From the IMG/VR virus record IMGVR_UViG_3300016265_000505, positions 1 to 39,439 of that record: a DNA stretch of 39,439 nt; one strand, 5' to 3'. Within the stretch, counting starts at the first letter, position 1. Each line of letters begins with the position of its first letter. Positions 8,061 through 18,665 of this stretch are shown in pieces. Origin of the DNA: a virus. Lineage: Duplodnaviria > Caudoviricetes. A program made the translations under genes and the position numbers. The notes under the pieces are model-generated. The model did not search any database. It saw only the letters and a list, made by a program, of their open reading frames with translations, and was not told where the DNA came from.

Positions 8061-10255
8061 TGGCTCGCTACTCCAGATATGGGGCGATTGACACCCCGAT
8101 TGCAACGGATGGCGACACCGCCTTCCTGAAGGTGAACAATCGTCTGCGGCCTGACCAGCTTCAGGCTGCGGAGATTGCCTATTCATCCAACGGACGCATG
8201 GACGTTGACGGAGCTTGGCAGACGAGAAAGGGCATTGAGAGCTTTGGTCCTACGTTGACGGCGAATACGGAGTCCATCCGTCTCTTGTCCACCCCAACTT
8301 GGAAGCTCTATTCCGGGGCGGTAAGCATTAGCAGCGCGACGCGGAGTACAACAACCGTTACGGTGGACACATCTTCCGCCCACGGATACTCCAACAACAC
8401 GTTGGTGTACATCGCTGGACTTACGGGAACGGTGAATCCCAATGGAAACCGCCTCATCACCGTAGTGAACGGCACCCAGTTTACGTTCACCATTACGGGA
8501 GCTACGGGAACGGAGACATACGGAGGAACTGGAACGTCAAATCCAGCCCAGCTTTCTGCCACGGCTGTTACAGGAGTGTTTGGCTCCTGCCTGTTCAGCA
8601 ATCCAAATACGGCCAATGACAACTACATCATTCTGGCCACCAACCTGAATGTTCAGGCCATCAAGCTGTCAGATGGTACAGCCACCACCATTGCCTATCC
8701 GACAGGCGTAACGATTGCATCAACGGTTGAACTTCTGCACGCCTTTGACAAGGTGTTCATCTTCAGGGATGGGCAGCAAGCCTTGGAGTGGAATGGCTCG
8801 TTTTCTGGAACCCCTGCCTTCACGACGGTTCTTGGTGGTGATTATGCCAATCCTACCTATCTAGACTCTTCCAACAACACGGTGTTGGCTGATGGTGTGG
8901 CTACTGTTACAGAGGTGGCCCACGGCTTGTCGGTTGGAGACCAGATTTACGTCGTTGATAATGGAAGTTCCACGCTAATTGAGGATCAGGGCGGGTATAC
9001 GGTGGCTACCGTTCCAACGGTTGATACCTTCACTTTCTTTGCTCAAGTGGCTGACTTGGGCTCCCACAAAGTGGTGTATGCCAAACGCCAGAGCCAGAGC
9101 ATTGGCCTGATGCATATGCCAGCCCCGGCATGGGGCGTTCAGCATCAAAGGCGTTTGTGGGTGCCGTATGCCTATCAGCCCGGAGGCACTTCTGGCAGTC
9201 CGACGTATACGGATAGGAACATCTTGGATGAGATTGTTGCGTCCGACATTCTGGACAGCGACACCTACGACAAGATTCAGTCGCAATACCGCATCACGGC
9301 TGGTACGGCTGACAGCTTGGTGGGAGTGGAGCCGTTTGCCGAGGACAACCTGCTTGTCTTCATGCGGCACTCCATCCACCTGATCAAGGGTGTATCAGGA
9401 AGCCTACTGGACACATCAGTCAATCTAATCACCAAGGAGGTGGGATGTGTGGCCCGCAAGTCCATCGTCCAGATTGGCAATCAGGTGCTTTTCCTCTCGG
9501 ACAATGGTGTCTACGCCGCAGCCTTCGGCGACCTATACAACCTACGCGGAGCGGGAGTACCTCTGTCCGAGCCTATTAACCCTCTGATTGGAAGGATCAA
9601 CCGCAACTACGCCCAGAATGCCGTAGCTGCCTATTACAATAATCGCTATTATTTGGCGGTTCCGCTGGACAATTCGGTGGTCAATAATGCTCTGTTGGTG
9701 TACAACTTCCTCAATCAGGGATGGGAGTCCATCGACACCACAGGTCAGGCTGCTTGGGAGATTAGCCAGCTAATTGTCGGGGACACGGGAGGGCTTTCCA
9801 AGCTCTACGTTGTTGGAAGTTTGGGAGCCATCCACATCATTGACGGGCGTGAGGACAACAAGGACAACCTGACGCTGTATGCGGGTGTTGGAGCTCAGCC
9901 CTACCCCATAAGCTCGTATGCCACTACCCGTCAGTATACGATGGGCACCCTAGACCGTAAGAAGTTCTCCTCTTACGAGCTTCATGTTGAGTCTTCGACG
10001 AGTCAATCTTCCAATGCCTCCATCAGCGTGGAAACGGAGAATTTGGACTCAACGGAGGCCCTCACCACCATCTACGACCTGCTTGGAAACGCCAATCTGG
10101 AGGTGGCTGAAGATGCCTCCTTGCGTGGTAGGATTGGCAATAAGCGGGGCTATGGGGCTCAGCTCACCTTCACGCCAACCTCTGGAAGACCCAAACTAAG
10201 GGCCGTAACGCTAAATGCGGCCATAACTAATCTCGGAATAACCCAAGCCACATAA
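8060..10255 (+). CDS. Tail nozzle / packaged-DNA stabilisation protein
   Basis: 731 aa, beta-propeller-like (VGCVARKSI, FLSDNGVY, PLSEPI, YYNNRYYLAVP) with two inserted AHG-containing beta domains. Confidence 0.75.
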   Translation: MARYSRYGAIDTPIATDGDTAFLKVNNRLRPDQLQAAEIAYSSNGRMDVDGAWQTRKGIESFGPTLTANTESIRLLSTPTWKLYSGAVSISSATRSTTTVTVDTSSAHGYSNNTLVYIAGLTGTVNPNGNRLITVVNGTQFTFTITGATGTETYGGTGTSNPAQLSATAVTGVFGSCLFSNPNTANDNYIILATNLNVQAIKLSDGTATTIAYPTGVTIASTVELLHAFDKVFIFRDGQQALEWNGSFSGTPAFTTVLGGDYANPTYLDSSNNTVLADGVATVTEVAHGLSVGDQIYVVDNGSSTLIEDQGGYTVATVPTVDTFTFFAQVADLGSHKVVYAKRQSQSIGLMHMPAPAWGVQHQRRLWVPYAYQPGGTSGSPTYTDRNILDEIVASDILDSDTYDKIQSQYRITAGTADSLVGVEPFAEDNLLVFMRHSIHLIKGVSGSLLDTSVNLITKEVGCVARKSIVQIGNQVLFLSDNGVYAAAFGDLYNLRGAGVPLSEPINPLIGRINRNYAQNAVAAYYNNRYYLAVPLDNSVVNNALLVYNFLNQGWESIDTTGQAAWEISQLIVGDTGGLSKLYVVGSLGAIHIIDGREDNKDNLTLYAGVGAQPYPISSYATTRQYTMGTLDRKKFSSYELHVESSTSQSSNASISVETENLDSTEALTTIYDLLGNANLEVAEDASLRGRIGNKRGYGAQLTFTPTSGRPKLRAVTLNAAITNLGITQAT

Positions 10256-10256
10256 C

Positions 10257-10952
10257 ATGGCCATCCTAGCTACAGGCAACACTTTCAATACTGGTGACAG
10301 CCCTACAGCTACCACGCTGAACAATGCTGTGAACAATGCAACATTCGCCAGCGGTGCGGTAGATGGTGTAACAACCCAGCTTTCTTCTGGTGCTGTCATC
10401 GTCAAGGATGGTGGCATTACTGCTTCAAAGCTGAGCACGGGAGGTCCGACTTGGACCTCTGGCGGGGCTCTTACTGCCACCTCCATTCAGAATAGCCCTA
10501 TTGGCTCCACAACCCCGTCTACGGGGGCTTTTACGACGCTTTCGGCTACGGGAACCACCACCATCTACGAAGCCATTGAGAAGGCCACGTTGAGTGGTAC
10601 AGCCCTTACTGGCACGATCAATCTGAACGTGTTGGATGGCGCGGTGTTCTACTACACGGCCAATGCTACGGCCAACTGGACGCTGAATGTTCGCGGAGAT
10701 GGTTCCAATTCCCTGAACACGGTGATGGCGGTCAATGACTCCATCAGCTTTGTTGTGATGGCTACGCAGGGAAGCACGGCCTACTATCAATCGGCCATGC
10801 AGATTGATACAAGTGCTGTCACTCCGAAGTGGGCTGGTGGTACGGCTCCTACGGCTGGCAATGCCAGCAGCATTGACGTTTACGCCTTCACCATCATCAA
10901 GACGGCTAGTGCCACCTTCACCGTCCTCGCTTCCCAGACCAAGTTTGCCTAA
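10257..10952 (+). CDS. Tail/fibre-type structural protein
   Basis: T/S/A-rich; C-terminal PKWAGGTAPTAGNAS.IDVY.FTIIKT domain typical of phage tail proteins. Confidence 0.7.
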   Translation: MAILATGNTFNTGDSPTATTLNNAVNNATFASGAVDGVTTQLSSGAVIVKDGGITASKLSTGGPTWTSGGALTATSIQNSPIGSTTPSTGAFTTLSATGTTTIYEAIEKATLSGTALTGTINLNVLDGAVFYYTANATANWTLNVRGDGSNSLNTVMAVNDSISFVVMATQGSTAYYQSAMQIDTSAVTPKWAGGTAPTAGNASSIDVYAFTIIKTASATFTVLASQTKFA

Positions 10953-11316
10953 GGCTGTTGATGTTGCTCTGGCTCTTTACGGGCCAGAGTTTGCTAGGAT
11001 TCATGGCCATTACACGTTAAATGGCTTTTGCTACTCGCAACCAGATGTAATGGTGCTATTCAGGCCAGCTAATAGAGCTAGGCTCGATGAGTGGAATCCT
11101 AAAGATGCGGATTGCTGGTGGGTAGAACTGGCTATTGGCCCAGAAGCACCGTCCATCTTTGCTAGAATCGTCCCGTGGTCACTACCCTACGTTGGCTGGC
11201 AACGCGGGTTGAGAAATGACCTAAGCCCACGATTCTTCCCATTTTCAAAAGCCAAAGCACTACATGAGCTTCTCAACAAAGGTTGCCGCACCTCCCCCTG
11301 CCCCAGCCCCGGTTAA
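10945..11316 (+). CDS. Hypothetical protein preceding ejection proteins (possible acetyltransferase-like fold)
   Basis: Likely TTG start at 10945 within ORF 10804..11316; DCWWVELAIG...LPYVGWQR; podovirus synteny. Confidence 0.5.
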   Translation: MPKAVDVALALYGPEFARIHGHYTLNGFCYSQPDVMVLFRPANRARLDEWNPKDADCWWVELAIGPEAPSIFARIVPWSLPYVGWQRGLRNDLSPRFFPFSKAKALHELLNKGCRTSPCPSPG

Positions 11317-13168
11317 TGCAGGAGAGTCTGCCAGCGAGTTTATTCGGCAGATGGCGAGTCCTGAGTTTCAGAACTTGCTGTTGAGTGCTGAGTCCACCTA
11401 TCGCCCCCAATACACGGCTCTCTCCCAGCGTGATTTGCAGAACACCCTTTTGGGTGTAGCCCCGGGTACGGCTGAAGGCTTTTACGGAACGCTTGATTTG
11501 GCGGATATGGCGGCTCGTCGTCAGGCCGCTCTCCAGCAAGGCTTGCAGACACAGGCCACGGAGTTTGGTTTGGCCCAACTTGGGGCCTATGCTCCTCAAG
11601 CCCGTGAAGCCTATCTAGCGGCCAATCCTGAAATGGCTGCTGCGCTTGGTCAGGCTGCTCAGCTTGGCGGGCGTCAGATGAGTGGCTATTTGAATGAGAT
11701 GGGTAGGCTTGCCATGCAAGCTCCTCAGGCTCAGGCCATCAGCCCTGAGCGTGTGGCGGCGATGGGAGGCTTCACTCCCCAGCAGGTGGCGGCTCAGCAG
11801 GTTCAGCTTGGTGGCACTCTTACACCTGAGCGCATTGCGGCTGAGCGGGTGGCTGCGGGTCAGGTAGCTGCGGAGCGGGTTGGGGCTGGGGCTCTTGGTC
11901 AGTCGCTTTACCAACAAGCTCTTCAGGCCCAGCAAATGTCGCCTGTCAGTCAGGCCCTTCAGGCTCAGGCTATGGCGCGGGCGATGCGTCCGGGTCAGCT
12001 TACGGCTGAGGAGATTCGTGCTGCTACGCAAGGTGCGCGTGAGATGGCGGCTGGTACAGGTCGTCTGGAAAGCGCGGCTGGTATTACGGGTGAGGCTCTG
12101 GCCCGTGCGGGTGCTGCCCGTCAGCGCACGGCTGAGGACATTGCGATGGCCCAGCAGATCAATCAGCAGCTTCTCGGAGCCCAGCAGATGGGTCAGCAGC
12201 TTGCCACGGATGTGCTTCGTGCCGACATTGCCCGTCAACAGGCTAATGTTGCTACGGCCCTTCAGGCTGGTCAGTTCAATGTTGGAACGAGTCTTGAGGC
12301 TCAGCGGGCCAATCAACAGGCTGCTCTACAGGCTGCGCTGGCCAATCAGGCCACGGGTCTTGAGGCTGGACGCTTCAACATCACGAATGTTCAGGATGTT
12401 CAGCGGATGAACCAAGCTGCCAATCTTCAGGCGGCTTTGGCCAATCAAGCGGCTGGACAGCGTGCGTTTGAGTTTGGGGCTGGTCAGAGCTTGGCTGCTC
12501 AGGAGCTTAATGCCCGTCTTGGGCTGTCTGCTGCGGAGGCCAATCGTGCGTTTCAGGCCCAGCAGCAAGCCCAGCAGTTTGCCAATCTTGGTGCTACGCT
12601 TGGTGCGGAACAGAGTATGCTTGGGGCTGATCGGGCTTACGCCCTCCAGCAAGCCCAGCAACAGGCTGGTGTTACGGCTGCAAGCCTTGGTCTTATTGGC
12701 TTTGGCCAAACTCCCACGGCGTTGGGTCTTGGTACTCAGCAGCAACAGATTAGCGCGGGGCAGATGCAAATGGGTCCGCAGTTATTTGATCCGTCCGCTG
12801 GCATCAATCTGGGCCTCCAGAATGCGGCCAACTTGGCCAACTATCAGGCTTCCACCTATGGAGCCCGTGCTGGCGCTCAAGGTCAGATTGCTGGTGCCAC
12901 GATTGGAGCGGTGGGCAACATCCTTGGATCGTTTGCTGGCAATCCTTCGCTTAAATTGCCGTGCTGGGTTGCCCGCGAGGTGTATGGCATAAACAACCCG
13001 AAGTGGCTGATGTTCCGCGAGTGGCTGTTTACGTCGGCCCCCAAGTGGTTCCGCAACCTTTACATCAAGCATGGCGAGCGGTTTGCCAGCTTCATTAGCA
13101 ACAAGCCCAAGCTGAAGGGCCTCATCCGTTCTTGGATGGATGCCCGCATCAACACCCAATTCGCATAA
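11264..13168 (+). CDS. DNA ejection/pilot protein with C-terminal CWVAREVYG domain
   Basis: A/Q-rich repeats (QAALANQA), Gly-rich hydrophobic segment, then a CWVAREVYG...WMD domain. Confidence 0.7.
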   Translation: MSFSTKVAAPPPAPAPVNAGESASEFIRQMASPEFQNLLLSAESTYRPQYTALSQRDLQNTLLGVAPGTAEGFYGTLDLADMAARRQAALQQGLQTQATEFGLAQLGAYAPQAREAYLAANPEMAAALGQAAQLGGRQMSGYLNEMGRLAMQAPQAQAISPERVAAMGGFTPQQVAAQQVQLGGTLTPERIAAERVAAGQVAAERVGAGALGQSLYQQALQAQQMSPVSQALQAQAMARAMRPGQLTAEEIRAATQGAREMAAGTGRLESAAGITGEALARAGAARQRTAEDIAMAQQINQQLLGAQQMGQQLATDVLRADIARQQANVATALQAGQFNVGTSLEAQRANQQAALQAALANQATGLEAGRFNITNVQDVQRMNQAANLQAALANQAAGQRAFEFGAGQSLAAQELNARLGLSAAEANRAFQAQQQAQQFANLGATLGAEQSMLGADRAYALQQAQQQAGVTAASLGLIGFGQTPTALGLGTQQQQISAGQMQMGPQLFDPSAGINLGLQNAANLANYQASTYGARAGAQGQIAGATIGAVGNILGSFAGNPSLKLPCWVAREVYGINNPKWLMFREWLFTSAPKWFRNLYIKHGERFASFISNKPKLKGLIRSWMDARINTQFA

Positions 13169-13169
13169 C

Positions 13170-14537
13170 ATGGCCATCATCGGACAAGGCGTTCAGGCTG
13201 GTTTGGGACGGGTGGACTACACCCCCTATCTTCAAGGAGCTATGGCTGGAGCTCAGGGCATTGCTCAGGGCATTGCTGGCTTTGGTCAAGGGGTTACTCA
13301 AGGAATCCAGAACTACATCAAAAAGCAAGAAGAGAAGAAAAACGAGCAGGAAGGTATTGACTTCATCAAGTCCCAGTTTCCGGGCATTGGGGATGCGGAG
13401 GCTAAGGCTGGTCTGAAGGCTGCGGGTGGGGCTGCGGCGTTTGTGAAGTTTAGGCAGGATATGGCTCAGAATCAGATGGCCCAGAAGGTTCAGGCCCTCC
13501 AGCTTGCCGAATTGGAGCGAGGAGTTGCCGAGCAAGAACGCCTTAGGCAAGCACTTGCTACTCCATCTGCTGCCTCAGCTATTCAGGCTGGCGCACGATT
13601 TGAGCAACTTCCAACTGGACAGGAGGCGTTTTCTACAGCTCCTACAGGCGTAGATGAGTTCTTGCGTAGGGCTATGACTGCGCGTGTATCCCCGGCCTTG
13701 TACGCCCAGCCTGCACTTCAGTTGGCTCAAGTTCAAAATCTTCAGTCTGAGGCTGCTGCGCGTGGTCGTCCTAAAGCTGAACTTGGCTATCCAACTTTTG
13801 AGGCGGCTAACAAGGAGCTCAATCGACTAGTCAAAGAAGGAGCGTTTGCTCAGGATACAGTTGGAACTGTGAAGTTTGATAATGGAAGATTTGTAATTGA
13901 ATCTTCTGTTAAACCTGCACGCCAGATTCAAGACCCTGAACTTGAGTCGAGAGTTCGGATTGCTGAAAAGGGGTTGTTATCTGACATTGAAGCTGGCGAT
14001 CAAGCCCGTAGATTGCTTCCTCAGACTAACCGTATGATTTCAGCGTTGGAGGGCGGTCTTAAAACCGGCAGGTTTGCACAAGCAAAAACTGCTTTCCTTG
14101 GGTTTGCTAATGCCCTTGGTTTTGACGTTGACGAAGCTAAACTTGCAAAGGCCGAAGAGTTTGAGGCTTATGCTACGCAACAAATCCTAGGATTTTTCCA
14201 ACAAACCAAAGGCAGCGTTTCCAATAAGGAAAACGAGATTTTTGCTGCGATGGGTCCGGGCGTTCCGCGTACTAGTGCCACAAACAAACTTTTGCTTGGC
14301 GTAATTCGTGAACGTCAAAAGCTAGAAGCTGCAATTGGTGATAATGCTCGCCGTGGTAATGAAGAGGGCTGGACTCAGTCTAAGATTGCGACAGAACGCC
14401 GTAAGCTAATTGAGGAGTATGACAAAAAGCTACCCGACATAGGTAGTTTGACAATAATCAATCCAGATGGCAGCGAAGGAGCCTTGTCTATCGGAGCTGG
14501 AAATCTTAGCAAAAGAGCGCAGGGATACATGAACTAA
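13170..14537 (+). CDS. Internal virion / ejection protein
   Basis: Start re-assigned to ATG 13170 (MAIIGQGVQAG); helical, A/Q/E-rich. Confidence 0.65.
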   Translation: MAIIGQGVQAGLGRVDYTPYLQGAMAGAQGIAQGIAGFGQGVTQGIQNYIKKQEEKKNEQEGIDFIKSQFPGIGDAEAKAGLKAAGGAAAFVKFRQDMAQNQMAQKVQALQLAELERGVAEQERLRQALATPSAASAIQAGARFEQLPTGQEAFSTAPTGVDEFLRRAMTARVSPALYAQPALQLAQVQNLQSEAAARGRPKAELGYPTFEAANKELNRLVKEGAFAQDTVGTVKFDNGRFVIESSVKPARQIQDPELESRVRIAEKGLLSDIEAGDQARRLLPQTNRMISALEGGLKTGRFAQAKTAFLGFANALGFDVDEAKLAKAEEFEAYATQQILGFFQQTKGSVSNKENEIFAAMGPGVPRTSATNKLLLGVIRERQKLEAAIGDNARRGNEEGWTQSKIATERRKLIEEYDKKLPDIGSLTIINPDGSEGALSIGAGNLSKRAQGYMN

Positions 14538-14538
14538 C

Positions 14539-17478
14539 ATGGCCTTTACTGTTGAACAATTGACCAGAGGATTGGCTAAAGCTAGGGCCGCTGGCGACAA
14601 TGAAGTCGCTGCCGAAATTGAGGCTGAGCTTGGCCGTGTTCAACGCTTGAGTCGTGCGGAGTCTGCGCCAGCTATGGCTGCGGCTGAGGTAGGTGCTCCT
14701 ATTGCTGTTCCTTATGGGATGACCACAGCTCCTCTACCTGAGGAGGTTGGTCAATATGCAACTGGTATTTCAAGATATGGTGTTCCAATTGGAACAACCG
14801 TTGCGCTAGGAACTAGTGGATTTGGCCTTCCTGCGGCTGGAATTAGCTTTCTAGCTAGTGGCGGTGGTGAGACCATTGCTCAATTTCTGGAAAAGGTTCG
14901 TGGAGAGAGAAAGGAGATGGAGCCAGCACAGATTGGCGCTGCTGCCATTTCCGGTGGAACCCCATTATTTAAGATGGCCAAGGGTGTTGGTAATTTGAGC
15001 CCGGGCGCCACCAGCTTCTTGGCCTCTACGCTTTCTAGTGCCACAGGTGGAGAGCTTGCCCGTGGGCTTCAAAAGGGTGAGTTCTTTGGTCCAACTGAAG
15101 GCAAGTTGGATGCCGCGACTCGTTTTGTTACACCACTATTTGCTGGAACAGTTTCTAGAATCAGTCAAAAAAGCGGAAATGCAATTAGTCGTGCTGAGGC
15201 TATTTCAGCCGAGCGCGGAGGCTCTGGATTATTCAATCCAGATGGGACCATAGCAAATGTTGCCCTATCTGAATCCAACCCGTCTCTGCTTGGGATGGAG
15301 CGTCGCAACTTAGCCAATTTCACGCCTTCCGCAGTTGATCGTGTTATTAGGATGGATGACAATCTTCCTAATATTGTAACGTCTCTTGTAGCTGAAGCTC
15401 CTGAAGCCACGCCAATTGCTCAGGAGTTGTTGAAATATCAGGGACTTGGTGCCCTTAAAACCAAGGCCGACGAAGCAAAGAAATTTGCTGATCAAGCCAA
15501 GAAAATGGCTGAGGATGCTCGCCGCACTTACGCTGCCGATGCTCAAAAGCTGATGGCGGACGCTGAGAATGCACAGCGTGAGGCTATCAGGGCCAAGGCT
15601 GCTTTTGACAAGGGTCTGACCCCAATCTTTGGAGCCAAGATTCCTAGCTTAATTGAGACCAATCCAGACAGGGTTGCAAATGAGGTGCAGCGCGTAACCA
15701 ATGATGCTGTTGATGCGATGAAGTTGTCGCGTACAGCCTTGTACGACGCAACTGGAATTGGTCTTAATGATCCGGTTGTTGATATTACTGATGTCTTAGC
15801 TGCTGGTGCAGCTAGGGCCAAATCTGGAGTCTTTTCTGGTAATAAAGCCCAGACTGAGTTCATTGATGCTGTTTCTGACTTCTTTGGAGATCGCAAACGT
15901 ATTTCCTACGAAGAGTTTCTTGAGTTCAAAAACTCATACGTTAAGAAGTTGGCTGGTGATAGTTCAAATCTCGAGATCATTAGGGCTGCTGAGGCTAAAG
16001 CCGATGCCGCTTACGACATAATGAAGGAAGCATCCCGTTCTTTCATAAGTCGCAGTTACGGCGATGATGTGTTGGAAAACTGGGATGAGGCGACAAAGGC
16101 TTGGGCAGATAGTATTTCGTTCCTAAAGGATGATTCAATTAAGAAACTTGCTGATGGTAAATTTGGCGAGTTCTTCACACTTGTTAAGTCCGGTGGTTCT
16201 GATTCTAAGGCGTGGAGGCAAGTTAATAACTACTTCGATTATTTGTCCAATTTGACGGCTAAGGCGGTTTCAAAAGGAACGCTTGATCCGCGTGATGTGG
16301 CTGCTGCCGAAAACTTCCGTCAGCACGTTTATGGCGGACTGCTGCTTGGTGTATTTGAAGAAAGTTTGGTTGATGGAGCCCGTAAGGCTTCCATGATTTC
16401 AGGTAGGGATGCTATTGACCCTGTCAAGTTTGCCCAGAATTTGGCTGAGCTTGAAACCCGTGGAGGCTTTCCTGTTGAGAAGGCTTTTGGAGCCAAGACG
16501 AGTGATGTGCGGAATCTGGCTCGTTTCATTGCCTCCAAGCATGACGGGCGGATGACCCGTGAGGAACTTACAAATTGGCTCAAGATGATTCCGAATGACG
16601 GTGCTGCTGTTGCTAGCAATCGTCTGGCCTATCGCAAGGCCATCAAGGATGCGCTTCTTGAGTCCGATATTGCCAAGCGTTTTGATAAGGTGAAGGAAGC
16701 GGAGCGTAAGTATGCTTCTGCCATTGGGGACGCCAAGAAGCTTTCCGATGATTTCGACGCTGTTAGCTCCGATCCGCTTGTTCAGTTCTTCTCAAACACG
16801 GCATTCAAGCTGGATAGGAATGACTACGCTAATAACGCTCGTCTAGTTGAGCGGATTGTTAGCGAGGTTGACCCTTCCGTAGTTAAGAACTTTGTATCTA
16901 GCGCAAAAGCGTCTGGTCGTGCTGATTTGGTGGCTCAAATGGGTGACATTGCCGCATCCAATGCGGTACGCAGATTTGTCCCCGCTGAATACCAAGGAAA
17001 ACCGATGTTGAAGCTCAGGGACATCACCAATTTGTTCTTGGGTCAGGATGACAACATCAAGCGCGAACGAGAAGCCCTACAGGCCTTGATTGGAAAGGAT
17101 CGGTTTAATGAGATTGTTAAGGTGGTTGTTGAGCCGATTGATAGGCTTGTCCGTTCCCGTGAGCTTCTTCAGGTGATGCCGGGACAGGCATCCAACGCAT
17201 TCAATGATCTTCGTGCCATTGGAACCATTTATGGTGGTGCAATGGGCAAGGTTACTAGCGCCATGATCGCGGCTCAGGGTGCTAGGTCTGTTATCAAGGC
17301 CCTTGATGCGCGGATGTACAATCTAGCCACGCAAGTCTATCTCAATCCTCAATTTTCAAAGGGATTGCAGGCTGTTGGCTATGATTTGGCCAAGTTTGCC
17401 CAGATGAGCCCTGTCTATGCGGCTGCGGTGACTGCGGCGATGCAAGCGGATGCTACACAGAATCCGCCCACTCCGTAA
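14539..17478 (+). CDS. Large internal virion / ejection protein (979 aa)
   Basis: Last and largest late gene, Ala-rich with N-proximal Gly-rich hydrophobic segments; podovirus synteny. Confidence 0.7.
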   Translation: MAFTVEQLTRGLAKARAAGDNEVAAEIEAELGRVQRLSRAESAPAMAAAEVGAPIAVPYGMTTAPLPEEVGQYATGISRYGVPIGTTVALGTSGFGLPAAGISFLASGGGETIAQFLEKVRGERKEMEPAQIGAAAISGGTPLFKMAKGVGNLSPGATSFLASTLSSATGGELARGLQKGEFFGPTEGKLDAATRFVTPLFAGTVSRISQKSGNAISRAEAISAERGGSGLFNPDGTIANVALSESNPSLLGMERRNLANFTPSAVDRVIRMDDNLPNIVTSLVAEAPEATPIAQELLKYQGLGALKTKADEAKKFADQAKKMAEDARRTYAADAQKLMADAENAQREAIRAKAAFDKGLTPIFGAKIPSLIETNPDRVANEVQRVTNDAVDAMKLSRTALYDATGIGLNDPVVDITDVLAAGAARAKSGVFSGNKAQTEFIDAVSDFFGDRKRISYEEFLEFKNSYVKKLAGDSSNLEIIRAAEAKADAAYDIMKEASRSFISRSYGDDVLENWDEATKAWADSISFLKDDSIKKLADGKFGEFFTLVKSGGSDSKAWRQVNNYFDYLSNLTAKAVSKGTLDPRDVAAAENFRQHVYGGLLLGVFEESLVDGARKASMISGRDAIDPVKFAQNLAELETRGGFPVEKAFGAKTSDVRNLARFIASKHDGRMTREELTNWLKMIPNDGAAVASNRLAYRKAIKDALLESDIAKRFDKVKEAERKYASAIGDAKKLSDDFDAVSSDPLVQFFSNTAFKLDRNDYANNARLVERIVSEVDPSVVKNFVSSAKASGRADLVAQMGDIAASNAVRRFVPAEYQGKPMLKLRDITNLFLGQDDNIKREREALQALIGKDRFNEIVKVVVEPIDRLVRSRELLQVMPGQASNAFNDLRAIGTIYGGAMGKVTSAMIAAQGARSVIKALDARMYNLATQVYLNPQFSKGLQAVGYDLAKFAQMSPVYAAAVTAAMQADATQNPPTP

Positions 17479-17707
17479 TCCGTTCGTACCAGCCGGGTTC
17501 TAGCCAAAATCTCAGGCCGTCGTTGACGCCTGACCAAATCTCTCCCAGATAGGTGGGTTGACCCCCGTCTGGGTGGGGTGCGGTGCCTACTAGCGTAAAG
17601 CGTTGCCTATCAGCCTCTAGGACGGTTAGGGTTCCCTGACGCTCCGTTAGGACGCATTCCACCTCTGGTTTAAACCTATAAATGGGCGGTCCGTCGTCTG
17701 TGGTCAT
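17453..17707 (-). CDS. Hypothetical protein
   Basis: 84-aa ORF at the end of the minus-strand arm, slight convergent overlap. Confidence 0.5.
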   Translation of the reverse strand: MTTDDGPPIYRFKPEVECVLTERQGTLTVLEADRQRFTLVGTAPHPDGGQPTYLGEIWSGVNDGLRFWLEPGWYERITEWADSV

Positions 17708-17807
17708 TTCCTTCTATTTTAAGCGACTCAGGCCCTATTTGGCTACCCTGATACGTACAAGAGGTTAAATCGCCTTAAAATCGATTCTAGGGCCTATTCT
17801 GAGGCCA

Positions 17808-18665
17808 TTACGACGTACCCCTAATCCGTAGCTCTATGAGGTCTTGGTCGTCCTTACGGACCCTTACAGGCGTAATCTCAAACTCTATCCAGCCTAGGGC
17901 GCAAGCAGACCTACCCGCATCCACGTTGTAGGAGGCCCTGCCAGACTCGTAAGCCTTCAGATAGGAGCCTGTACGGCCAAGCCAAGGGGTACGTTCGCGG
18001 ACCTCCACCCCATTCTTGGTGCTTACCAGTTTAATTCTAGGACTGGATGGCAAGCATCCCTTGCCATGCGTGTGTCCCATTAAATAGATGTCTGCGTCTG
18101 CCGTGCCAGCCATCTTCTCAATCGTATTGAACTGACCTCCGGGGCTACCCCCTCCTCCCTTCCCATGATGGGCGAAGATGTCTAGAGCTACCTTTTTGCC
18201 TGTTCCTTTGAGGCCGATGGAGAGTCGGATGAATCCGCACACCCCCAGATATTTCCCGCCCAGAGCCGACGCAATAAGGTGATCGGTAGTCTGATCGCCA
18301 AAGTCAAAAAAGTGATTGCCGCCAAGAAGGCCAATGACCCTGCCGCGCATAAATCCAAGCTCGTTGACCAGAGTTTTCGTAACGCCTTTGTAGACATCTT
18401 TGAGTGTGTTTTTGGTTGTGTCGTGCAGGTTGACATCCGACAGGACGATGCGTTCTGACGTACTCACCCCGTCCGTGTAGTCCCCCATGCCTAGGAATAG
18501 GGCATTCTTTTGAGCCTTGGCGTAGTCTAAGAACTCCTGCCAATGGCTGTGGGCGAACATATCCGAGTCCCTGTGGATGTCGCCAAACGGGATGAGCTTG
18601 AAAGGCTTCCCGATCTCAGCCTCCACCCTTACGTTGTGGGCTGTGAAGATGCCATCGGTTTTCAT
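17808..18665 (-). CDS. Calcineurin-like metallophosphoesterase
   Basis: GDIH, GMGDYTD, GNH, HHG, GHTH motifs. Confidence 0.85.
   Translation of the reverse strand: MKTDGIFTAHNVRVEAEIGKPFKLIPFGDIHRDSDMFAHSHWQEFLDYAKAQKNALFLGMGDYTDGVSTSERIVLSDVNLHDTTKNTLKDVYKGVTKTLVNELGFMRGRVIGLLGGNHFFDFGDQTTDHLIASALGGKYLGVCGFIRLSIGLKGTGKKVALDIFAHHGKGGGGSPGGQFNTIEKMAGTADADIYLMGHTHGKGCLPSSPRIKLVSTKNGVEVRERTPWLGRTGSYLKAYESGRASYNVDAGRSACALGWIEFEITPVRVRKDDQDLIELRIRGTS

Noticed and set aside
11273-13180. Several long antisense or alternate-frame ORFs in the ejection gene
   Set aside because: By-products of low-complexity Ala/Gln codons
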